Below, in pieces: positions 29,886-37,599 of a stretch of DNA of 64,000 nt; positions within the stretch are counted from its first letter, which is position 1, and every line of letters begins with the position of its first letter. Under the pieces are notes generated by a model that worked only from the letters and a program-made list of their open reading frames with translations, searched no databases and was not told where the DNA came from. The DNA is from Alphaproteobacteria bacterium (GTDB lineage: Bacteria; Pseudomonadota; Alphaproteobacteria; Rs-D84), in the NCBI GenBank assembly GCA_015062485.1, contig SUUO01000005.1:658-64657 (forward strand). Direction: 5' to 3'. A program made the position numbers and the translations under genes.

Positions 29886-30449
29886 TTAAAAACTGTAAGT
29901 TAAACCCAATCCATAAAACGCATAAGAATTATTTTCCGGCGCCGTATTGCCATTTGAAAAATGATGTGCAAAAACCTCGACCGATGTGCATTCAGATATA
30001 TGGTATCCCGCCCCCAGTTTAAAGCCAAAAATTAACTTGGAACCAATGCGTTCGTTCTGTTGCGCCTGGAATCCGGCGCCAAACCCGATAAAGGTATACC
30101 AATCATCACCATACAATGGTGACACATCCATACTTAACATTGCGATTGGAATAGTATATTTATCCCAATGCCAACCGTACTTTGATCCGTGCCCCAGGGT
30201 CTGGATAACGTTCAATGATTGCCGCGCCGCCACACCAAAGAATGTCGCATTTTGCGAATATTGCAAATGAAACATATTAAACGGCACAAATTGCGATGGT
30301 GCCGGGATTAGGAAGCCGTGATTTACCCCATATCCAAAATTAAAAGCAACCTGATTTTCATATCCATTAAGGAACGGATTAACACATTCGGCCCGTGCGA
30401 CATTTGTCGTCATAACCAAACCACACAAAGCATATAAAATTTTTCTCAT
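29886..30449 (-). CDS. PagL-like lipid A deacylase / acyloxyacyl hydrolase beta-barrel
   Basis: Signal peptide, an 8-strand barrel pattern, the H.FSNG catalytic motif (HHFSNGN), and a terminal YSF. Confidence 0.65.
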   Translation of the reverse strand: MRKILYALCGLVMTTNVARAECVNPFLNGYENQVAFNFGYGVNHGFLIPAPSQFVPFNMFHLQYSQNATFFGVAARQSLNVIQTLGHGSKYGWHWDKYTIPIAMLSMDVSPLYGDDWYTFIGFGAGFQAQQNERIGSKLIFGFKLGAGYHISECTSVEVFAHHFSNGNTAPENNSYAFYGLGLTYSF

Positions 30450-30549
30450 AAAGCCTATGATAGCACAATTTGGTCAGGCATTCAATTATAAAATATTAAA
30501 AAAATTAAAGATTGTAAAGATGAACGAATTCCCAAATATATTTTGTTGC

Positions 30550-30577
30550 TTGCAATCCTAAAAAAGTCTGTTATAAT
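30550..30577 (+). promoter_or_regulatory. Sigma70-type promoter of the tRNA(CAU) gene
   Basis: TTGCAA-16 nt-TATAAT, ending 11 nt before the tRNA 5' end. Confidence 0.65.
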
Positions 30578-30588
30578 GCGTTTCGCTT

Positions 30589-30663
30589 GGCAGCGTAGCT
30601 CAGTGGTAGAGCAGAGGAATCATAATCCTTTGGTCGGGGGTCCGAATCCCTCCGCTGCTACCA
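30589..30663 (+). tRNA. tRNA with CAU anticodon (Ile2/lysidine-type or elongator Met)
   Basis: Manual fold: GGCAGCG acceptor, D arm GCUC-AGUGGUA-GAGC, anticodon loop AUCAUAA, variable UGGUC, T arm GGGGG-UCCGAAU-CCCUC, CCA. The variable region resembles E. coli ileX. Confidence 0.8.
30619..30645 (+). repeat. Left copy of the 27-nt direct repeat (inside the tRNA)
   Basis: atcataatcctttggtcgggggtccga. Confidence 0.95.
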
Positions 30664-30668
30664 GAATT

Positions 30669-30691
30669 TCCCGGTGTTCCGGGATTTTTTA
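30669..30691 (+). terminator. tRNA terminator
   Basis: tcccgg/ccggga stem followed by a T6 run. Confidence 0.75.
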
Positions 30692-30852
30692 TTTTGTAAA
30701 AATTTTCCGATTTTGTCCGAATTTGTCGATTTTAGCAGATTGTTTTACATATACTGGACATAACTTTGGACATAGAAAATATGTTTACATGCGTAATCCT
30801 TTTGCCTGTTTTACACTATGAATTATAAAGGGGAATACACAGAAAGTCGCGG

Positions 30853-30909
30853 CAAAAGGTTGCAAAGGATGACAAAGGGTTACAAAGGGGTATGATGCTT
30901 TACAAAAGC
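30853..30909 (+). repeat. Five CAAA(A)GG motifs phased at exactly 10 bp
   Basis: The C of each motif falls at 30853, 30863, 30873, 30883 and 30903. An inverted copy, ccttttgcc, lies at 30798-30806. Confidence 0.85.
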
Positions 30910-30956
30910 AATATAAACGTAATTAAATGTTTTTTGTGTGAATGCTAAAATAGCGC

Positions 30957-30998
30957 TTGACTTTTTGTATCCGTTTGGATACAATACGGATGTATAAT
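30957..30998 (+). promoter_or_regulatory. Predicted promoter with palindromic operator for the toxin-antitoxin operon
   Basis: TTGACT (30957-62)-17 nt-TACAAT (30980-85). The palindrome GTATCC-GTTT-GGATAC (30967-82) sits in the spacer, and GGATGTATA repeats lie downstream. Confidence 0.5.
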
Positions 30999-31066
30999 AA
31001 AGCAAAAGGATGTATATGAGGAAGACAACGTAGGGGCTGGACGTTATCAGCCGGGAGTAAAAGAAA

Positions 31067-31360
31067 ATGTTAATAAAGCAGACAACAGAATATGTAAAAT
31101 GGTTTGATAAATTAAAAGATTCCGAAGCGCAGTTTAGGATAAGCACAAGGATAGATCGCATCGCAACACAAAATCATTTTGGTGATTTTAAGCCGGTTGG
31201 TGATGGGATTTATGAATTGCGAATAAATTATGGTCCTGGATATAGGGTTTATTATACGAGGCAAGGTGAAGAAATTATCTTGTTGCTGATTGGGGGCGAC
31301 AAATCGACGCAACAGTCAGATATTGAAAAGGCCAAGAACATATTGGCAACACTACCGTAG
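31067..31360 (+). CDS. RelE/ParE-superfamily addiction-module killer protein (HigB-like)
   Basis: 97 aa; ...FDKL.D..A..RI..RIDR......GD.KPVGDGIYELRI.YGPGYRVYY...G..IILLL.GGDKS.Q..DIEKA; GGAG RBS. Confidence 0.85.
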   Translation: MLIKQTTEYVKWFDKLKDSEAQFRISTRIDRIATQNHFGDFKPVGDGIYELRINYGPGYRVYYTRQGEEIILLLIGGDKSTQQSDIEKAKNILATLP

Positions 31361-31411
31361 ACGTAGGATGTCATCGGTTAGTAGATAACAAATTACTCAA
31401 AGGAGTAAATC

Positions 31412-31732
31412 ATGAAAAAAGGGAGTAACAAGATAACAGAATGGAATATTCTGGATTATCTTAAAACAGAAGAAGATATTGCTAACTATCTAGAAGCTGC
31501 ATTAGAAGAAAATGATATTGAGTATTTTTTAATAGCCCTTGGAAATGTTGCAAAGGCACGTAGCATAAATAAAATAGCAAAAGAAATAGGGGTAGGACGC
31601 GAATCTTTGTATAAAAGTTTCTCTGGTGCACGTCGTCCAAATGTAGAAACTGTTTTTAAAGCAATAGATGCGTTGGGTTTAAAAGTTAATTTTACACCTA
31701 AAAGTACATATAATCAAAGTGTAGCAGCATAA
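31412..31732 (+). CDS. Addiction-module antidote protein with HTH (HigA-like)
   Basis: 106 aa; ...YL..AL.E.D......AL.NVAKARS...IAKE.GV.RESLYK.....RP...TV.K...ALGL. Confidence 0.85.
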   Translation: MKKGSNKITEWNILDYLKTEEDIANYLEAALEENDIEYFLIALGNVAKARSINKIAKEIGVGRESLYKSFSGARRPNVETVFKAIDALGLKVNFTPKSTYNQSVAA

Positions 31733-31736
31733 TATA

Positions 31737-31760
31737 CCGCCCGTTTTGGGCGGTTTTTTG
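31737..31760 (+). terminator. Intrinsic terminator
   Basis: ccgccc/gggcgg stem followed by a T6 run. Confidence 0.75.
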
Positions 31761-31817
31761 TATATTGTGTTTATGATTAAATTCTGATACTATTATACTT
31801 GTATAAAGAGGTGTATT

Positions 31818-32600
31818 ATGAAGATTCCCGCAAAGTTTATAAAAAGAGCAAATGAACAATTAAAAAAGTATCAGGTTATTGTTAGAAAATTAAAAAGACA
31901 AGAAGTTAATGAGACGGATACAGTTAAAGTTATTAACGATATTTTTGCGGATCTTTTTGGATATGATAAATATACCGAAATAACTAGTGAATATGCAATT
32001 CGTGGAACATTTTGTGATTTGGCAATAAAGCAACAAAGTGGTAAGATTTACATGTTAGTAGAAGCAAAAGGGGTGTCTATTCCTTTAAAGGAAAATCATA
32101 TTAAACAGGCTACAGATTACGGTGTTAATCATGGAACAAAGTGGGTTGTATTAACAAATTCTGTAGATTGGAAGGTTTATAAAATTAAATACAGTCAACC
32201 AATAGAACGAGAATTGGTTTTTGAATTCAATTTATTAGACATGGATTTAAAAAAAGAAAAACAACTTGAGGTTGTTTTTGCTCTTAGTAAAGAAGGACAG
32301 GATCTTTCTGTAATAGATGAGATTTATTCAAATAATCAAGTGAAAAATAAGTATGTCCTTGCGGGGTTGATAGATAGTCCTGAGATATATAAGCTTATAA
32401 AAAAACAAATAAAGCTGTATTTTGAAAATAGTATCAAAATAACAGATGAAGAGATTTCTAATTTTATAAAGTTTGATATATTTAAGCGAGAGGTTTGGGA
32501 TAGTGATGAGGCGAAAGAATATCAAAAGGTTTTGAAAAAGATGATTAAAAAAGCGGAAAAAAAGAAACAATTATCTGTTACAAAACAAGGTGTGCAATAA
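31818..32600 (+). CDS. HsdR-N-type (PF13588-like) PD-(D/E)xK nuclease-fold protein with a Lys-rich helical tail
   Basis: NETDTVKVINDIF.DLFGYD...E.....G.FCDLAI......MLVEAKG......H..QATDYG...G.KWVVLTNSVDW.VY. RBS is aagagg. Confidence 0.6.
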   Translation: MKIPAKFIKRANEQLKKYQVIVRKLKRQEVNETDTVKVINDIFADLFGYDKYTEITSEYAIRGTFCDLAIKQQSGKIYMLVEAKGVSIPLKENHIKQATDYGVNHGTKWVVLTNSVDWKVYKIKYSQPIERELVFEFNLLDMDLKKEKQLEVVFALSKEGQDLSVIDEIYSNNQVKNKYVLAGLIDSPEIYKLIKKQIKLYFENSIKITDEEISNFIKFDIFKREVWDSDEAKEYQKVLKKMIKKAEKKKQLSVTKQGVQ

Positions 32601-32610
32601 AATAATATAA

Positions 32611-32644
32611 AAATAAAGGAGCGCCATACGGCGCTCCTTTATTT
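32611..32644. terminator. Bidirectional terminator with a 15-bp stem, shared by convergent island genes
   Basis: aaataaaggagcgcc-atac-ggcgctcctttattt. Confidence 0.85.
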
Positions 32645-35600
32645 ACTCTCTTGTTCTATAAACTTTTTTAATTTAATAACTTCCCTGTCTTTCGATCTAA
32701 ACCAACTTGTTGACCATATTCTATAGAATTTATATCCATAGCTTTCTAGAATTTTTTGACGCTGCATATCTTCTGCAAACGCTTCTTCAGAGCCATGATA
32801 TGCTTTCCCGTCACATTCCAGAGCTATATCCTTGCCGCCAACTTTCAACAAAAAGTCAAGTCTATATCCCCCAACTTTGTATTGAGGCTTAATAGCATCT
32901 TGTGGCAGTATTTTTAATAACTCTTCATACACTTCTTCTTCAAATGGCGATTCTGTTAATCCTTCAGCGGAACTATTTGTATCACGTCTAGGTGTTTCAT
33001 AAGAGTATTCTTTTATCGTTTTTAAAACGGTATCTACTGTTGCAAGATCGCCAAGTGCATGTGCTTTCACATAGGCTAAGTAAGCATAAAATATAGCTAT
33101 GCGGTTGTTTTCCTGCTTTTCTTCTAATCTGGATTTATAGTCAGCAAATTTCATCTCTGGAATTGAGGTCACTAAAAACAGTTGCTGTTTTGCTCGTGTT
33201 ATAAGTACATTAAGCAGCCTATATCCTTCATCCCTATTTATAACAAACTGTTCTTTAAACTTACCGTCATGAGCAGGTCCGTATGTTGTGGAAATAATGA
33301 TAATATCTCTTTCGTCACCTTGGATATTTTCTAGATTCTTTACAAACAAAGGATCTTTATGTTGTTCCAGTTCTGCATATATCTTTGCGAATTCTGTATC
33401 TTCTGCTGCAACCTCATGTAACATCAATTTAATTAAATTGCGTTGCTGCACATTAAATGTTGCAATACCAACAGATGGCAGTTTCCCAGGATACATGGTA
33501 GGCAATGCTTTTATTATCTCAATAACTTTATATGCCTCCTTTTCATTCATTCTATCTGCATACACACCATCAACATGGTAATATGTAAATGGGGTATTTG
33601 TAGCAATGCGTGCAGGCAATGGACACAAATTACAGCCATAAAAAGCGCAATTTGAAAACTCAATCAATGCAGGATGCTTACTTCTGTAATGGAAATCTAA
33701 ATAAGAAGCAAATTCTTTGACATTTTTAAAGCTCTCTGCGTATTCAAGTAAAGATTCTGAGTCAAGTGGCGCCAAATCAAAACCGTCGCCATCATCATCG
33801 TTTCCATCAACGTTCCCTCCATCCATATTTTTTGCAAACCAGTTAGACGGAGGCATCTGATGTTTATCTCCTGCTATGATTTTATATTGTCCACGTATCA
33901 TTGAGGTGTAAACATCTTCTATTCTTAACTGACTGGCCTCATCAAATATCACCAGATTAAACAGCCCTTGTTTTAATGGAAGCAAGGCATTCGCAACAAT
34001 TGGGTTAACCATTATTACGGGGAATAAATCAGTAAATGCGTCAAACTCTTTGTCAATAATTTGTCTCAAAGATAGTTTCTTAGCGTATTTTCCTCTTTTT
34101 AATGCAAACAATGTTTTGAAACCATATTTACTATCCAGGGTCGCAATTGCATTTTCTCGTTCATAATACCAAGTTTTAAAGATTTTTTTCGTATTATTCT
34201 TTTGTAGTTTTATAAACAACTCTCTCAATGAGGCCAATTCTGGCTCTTTTGCAGATGTTAAAAACTGTTTCTTTGTCTTTTTGGCATGATTTAACAAGAA
34301 GTAATAATAATAAACAGCTTGGAATAAATCTTCCCAATAAGAATCATCCTGCTCAAGCAAAAGAGAATCAAACAACACTACATCTCTTTTATACTCTTGT
34401 AGCCATGAAATATATATTTCTAACTCATCAAGTTTCTCTAACAACGAAACTAGCTTTGTCTTAATTTTTTCCGCACACTCTTTAGCACCTTGGGTTGTTC
34501 TATAATCAAAATCCTTTGCTACAACACCATTAAAACTATTAGCAACAGTATCCTTTACCTCTTCGTAAATCTGTTGGCCTGCCACTATAGAGTTTAATAT
34601 ATTGTGCAGATTATCTACTTCAGATACACGTTCTTTAAGCTTATTTTGTATATCTTCTAGTTCTAATGCCAGATTTTTCTGTCGTGCATGCAAATCCGCG
34701 CTTATATCATTTACATTGCTTTCAATATCAGCTAAATGAGATCTGATATGTTCATAAATTAGATTTTGAGTATTTTTGGTTTGAATAGAAACGTTTTCTG
34801 CTTCTTTCTTGATCGATAGCAGGGCAGCACTTTCACAGTCATTATACGAACAAAAATCTCCATATTTTGTTGTATACTCATCTATTTTTCTTAACAACTG
34901 CTTGTAATTCTTACGTACTTTTTTTGCATATTTATGACTTTCTGAAAGCTTTTTAGAGAAAAGCCTTGTTACAATATTTGAATTATAAGCATTAAAATCT
35001 TCCCCAAGTATTTCAATTCCTTCTGCAAAAGCCTCTTGAATATCTTCTACATCATCCAAAATAGAATAGAGTCTTCTAAGCTTATCCTTAACATTTTCAT
35101 CTAACTGCATACTTTCGCATTTGCAATTAAATCTTCTGGCAACAGTAAGTATATCTTCACATAACGCTCCTGCGCTTTTAATCCAATCAGCCAGATTATC
35201 TTTACTTTCTGTTATTATATTGTGTTTATTTTGCAATTCGCTTAATTTTACCAGACATTCGCGCATAGCATTATCAAAATGTTGTACACTTTGAATTTTT
35301 CCTTTATCTACAATTGGTAGCAAATCAATATCCTTGCCACAAGACTTTGAAACGATAGATAGTTGATTGTTTATTTCGGCAATCATATCAACAAATTCTT
35401 GTTTTTTACCTACACTCAATAATTTTGAAGCGTTTGTGGAGTTTGCCTTTATTTCATTACAAATCCCCAAGGACTTGGATAGTTTATCAGTCTTGGTATA
35501 CATGGATGTTGTGCCAATATCTAAGATTGTATTATCAATAAAGTTGATAAGCTTATTGATATGCTTTACGGCAACATCTATATTCTTTTCAATCAAAATT

Positions 35601-37162
35601 TTTCCACTAACAGATAAATCGATTTCTTTATCCAAATTAAACAAGTCAAACGAGGTTGTATCTATATGCTTGCAGGCGGAATGTGTTTCTGCCCCCCGTT
35701 TGACCAAATTACAATAATTTACAAATTCTGCAGAATTAAATTCCCAACCTGTGGCTACATGCTCCAGATTATCTCTAATTGATGCAAAGGCATCACGTTT
35801 GGATTTCTTTAAGAACAAACCAATCAAATCAGACCATGTTTTTTGTTCAAAAATAGGTTCGCTAGAAGCTTTGTATGAAGCGTTAATCGAATCTCTTAAT
35901 CTATTAAAATTTTCTTGATCTCTTTCAAACTCCACTTCATTAAATGCTTTGGTCGGATTGTATTGCTGTAAAGCACGTGCTTTGTCGACCACAGCTCTGC
36001 GGTCTTTGTTAACATCATCAACAACTATACAAAAAGTGTCTAAACCCTTTTCCGACAAATTGTGTTTCAATACGTCTAATGCAGTTTTCTTCTCACAGAC
36101 AACCAATGTCTTGGCACCATTTGCCAGTGCGTTAGAAATGATCGCTGAGATTGCCTGACTCTTACCTGTCCCCGGAGGCCCTTGAATAATCTTAAACTCA
36201 TTGTCATTTAGAGTTCTTATTATTTCTTCTTGACTAGGATCTGTATCAAAGGAAGCCTCAGATGAAGTAGAAAAACGCTCTAACTCCATATCTTCCGCAT
36301 TAAACTGATCTATATTTTTTTGTAATTCTAAAACGGATTCTATAATGGTTTCTTTTTGTGAACGAAAAAGCCCAAAGACCCCAGACCACTGAACAAAACC
36401 ATTACCAGAGCATAATTTTTCCAAATGCTCTTTTGTGCCAACAGGTTCCAATTTCAGAGACAGATCGTCAAATTTTATATTCAATTTCTTCAATATATCC
36501 TTCAGATACTTTTGTATTTCATTTTCTTGAAGTATCCCATCGTCAATATCTTCTATATCCAGGCGTTCCAATTGAAGTTTTTCTGAATTCTCAATGTACG
36601 ACATTAAAATTTCATTCATTTTGATTGGACTATCTTCGTTTTTTGAAATAATCCACTCATTTTTACGGTTAGACTTTCTGATATCCAGCGACCACAAGAA
36701 CAAAGGAGCTACGATAGTCTTTTTTTCATCTTTCTTGTCTGGCAATACCAGCAATGGATACCCAAAGGCAAAATTTTTCAGTCCGGTATCAATAAAAGAA
36801 TCTTCGTTATCTATAGCCATAGAATCTAGGCGCTTTCCAACGATAACAAGCCTGTCTTTTATTTCTGCGTCCATACTGGTTAATTTCTTGTCTTCCCAAG
36901 AAAATCGGAAATCAAATTTATCTTTAGTCAATAGAGTTTCTAAAAACTTCTTTGCATATGTATCTTTTTTTGTTTTTGATGTGTCAGAAAACAAATCTAA
37001 ATCTGGTTCTACGTTGGCTATAGATAAGTCGCATAAATCTAATCTGTTTTTTAGTCGACCAGGCACAGCCATCAAATGTATTGGCGTACGTCCAACCAAG
37101 CCGGTTAATTTCTTATAAATGCCTTCCAAAAACTTTTTATCAAATTTTATTTGTGACTTCAT
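32639..37162 (-). CDS. Giant DUF4011-like / SF1 (Upf1-DNA2-type) helicase / DUF559-Vsr-like endonuclease fusion protein
   Basis: Motifs: GPPGTGKSQ, VIFDEASQL, IAGDKHQMPP, FHYRSKHPALIEFSN, GDERDIIIIS, VLITRAKQQLFLV, and C-terminal GGYRLDFLL..DIALECDGKAYH. The ATG at 37162 has a GGAG RBS. Confidence 0.8.
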   Translation of the reverse strand: MKSQIKFDKKFLEGIYKKLTGLVGRTPIHLMAVPGRLKNRLDLCDLSIANVEPDLDLFSDTSKTKKDTYAKKFLETLLTKDKFDFRFSWEDKKLTSMDAEIKDRLVIVGKRLDSMAIDNEDSFIDTGLKNFAFGYPLLVLPDKKDEKKTIVAPLFLWSLDIRKSNRKNEWIISKNEDSPIKMNEILMSYIENSEKLQLERLDIEDIDDGILQENEIQKYLKDILKKLNIKFDDLSLKLEPVGTKEHLEKLCSGNGFVQWSGVFGLFRSQKETIIESVLELQKNIDQFNAEDMELERFSTSSEASFDTDPSQEEIIRTLNDNEFKIIQGPPGTGKSQAISAIISNALANGAKTLVVCEKKTALDVLKHNLSEKGLDTFCIVVDDVNKDRRAVVDKARALQQYNPTKAFNEVEFERDQENFNRLRDSINASYKASSEPIFEQKTWSDLIGLFLKKSKRDAFASIRDNLEHVATGWEFNSAEFVNYCNLVKRGAETHSACKHIDTTSFDLFNLDKEIDLSVSGKILIEKNIDVAVKHINKLINFIDNTILDIGTTSMYTKTDKLSKSLGICNEIKANSTNASKLLSVGKKQEFVDMIAEINNQLSIVSKSCGKDIDLLPIVDKGKIQSVQHFDNAMRECLVKLSELQNKHNIITESKDNLADWIKSAGALCEDILTVARRFNCKCESMQLDENVKDKLRRLYSILDDVEDIQEAFAEGIEILGEDFNAYNSNIVTRLFSKKLSESHKYAKKVRKNYKQLLRKIDEYTTKYGDFCSYNDCESAALLSIKKEAENVSIQTKNTQNLIYEHIRSHLADIESNVNDISADLHARQKNLALELEDIQNKLKERVSEVDNLHNILNSIVAGQQIYEEVKDTVANSFNGVVAKDFDYRTTQGAKECAEKIKTKLVSLLEKLDELEIYISWLQEYKRDVVLFDSLLLEQDDSYWEDLFQAVYYYYFLLNHAKKTKKQFLTSAKEPELASLRELFIKLQKNNTKKIFKTWYYERENAIATLDSKYGFKTLFALKRGKYAKKLSLRQIIDKEFDAFTDLFPVIMVNPIVANALLPLKQGLFNLVIFDEASQLRIEDVYTSMIRGQYKIIAGDKHQMPPSNWFAKNMDGGNVDGNDDDGDGFDLAPLDSESLLEYAESFKNVKEFASYLDFHYRSKHPALIEFSNCAFYGCNLCPLPARIATNTPFTYYHVDGVYADRMNEKEAYKVIEIIKALPTMYPGKLPSVGIATFNVQQRNLIKLMLHEVAAEDTEFAKIYAELEQHKDPLFVKNLENIQGDERDIIIISTTYGPAHDGKFKEQFVINRDEGYRLLNVLITRAKQQLFLVTSIPEMKFADYKSRLEEKQENNRIAIFYAYLAYVKAHALGDLATVDTVLKTIKEYSYETPRRDTNSSAEGLTESPFEEEVYEELLKILPQDAIKPQYKVGGYRLDFLLKVGGKDIALECDGKAYHGSEEAFAEDMQRQKILESYGYKFYRIWSTSWFRSKDREVIKLKKFIEQESK

Positions 37163-37187
37163 GATAAACTCCGACACTATTTCTTTA

Positions 37188-37216
37188 ATTATACAATATA
37201 TATTCCTAATAATCAA
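37188..37216 (-). promoter_or_regulatory. Sigma70-type promoter of the helicase-nuclease gene
   Basis: On the minus strand, TTGATT-17 nt-TATAAT, ending about 25 nt before the ATG at 37162. Confidence 0.6.
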
Positions 37217-37477
37217 TTATTCCAGGCTAGGTTAATGAAACTGTATATATTTGTATTTGGTATGATTAAGTAGGGGTAAAAACTTTACATAGAAAAATGG
37301 TTAAAAAATGGCGGAAATGTGAGTGGTATAGCGATTTTTGTTAAAGTGAATTTTGTATTTAATATGATTAACGCTTATGGACAATTTTACATATTCTAGA
37401 CATAGAAAATTGGTGTGCTGTGGAAAGTGGCGGATTTCTGCGGGGTGCGTGAGGGAAAATACTTTGTGCGCTGGTAT

Positions 37478-37504
37478 ATCATAATCCTTTGGTCGGGGGT
37501 CCGA
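37478..37504 (+). repeat. Right copy of the 27-nt direct repeat
   Basis: Identical to 30619-30645. Confidence 0.95.
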
Positions 37505-37599
37505 CAAAAAAGCAGGTTTTGCAAGTGTAACGCAGCGAAACCGTTGCGATTTGGAAATGAGCCCATCGCGGCACATTTATGTGACGGATGGGAATACAC

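Larger units (their letters stand above)
30619..37504 (+). mobile_element. tRNA-inserted genomic island (about 6.9 kb) with no recombinase gene
   Basis: Perfect 27-nt direct repeats at 30619-30645 and 37478-37504. The interior is visibly more AT-rich. The cargo is a TA pair plus nuclease and helicase genes. Confidence 0.7.

Noticed and set aside
30880-31312. Minus-strand ORFs of 93 aa and 66 aa overlapping the TA promoter and the toxin gene.
   Set aside because: They are low-complexity AT-rich translations antisense to a well-supported toxin gene and its promoter, and they have no RBS.
31818-32600. The 260-aa island protein as the missing integrase or excisionase.
   Set aside because: It has no R..H..R..Y tyrosine-recombinase pattern and no serine-recombinase pattern. 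Its N-terminal half fits an HsdR-N-type PD-(D/E)xK fold instead.
37163-37216. Upstream start (37216) for the giant helicase-nuclease ORF.
   Set aside because: That codon lies inside the predicted -35 hexamer. The ATG at 37162 has a GGAG RBS 7 nt upstream and follows a TTGATT-17-TATAAT promoter.
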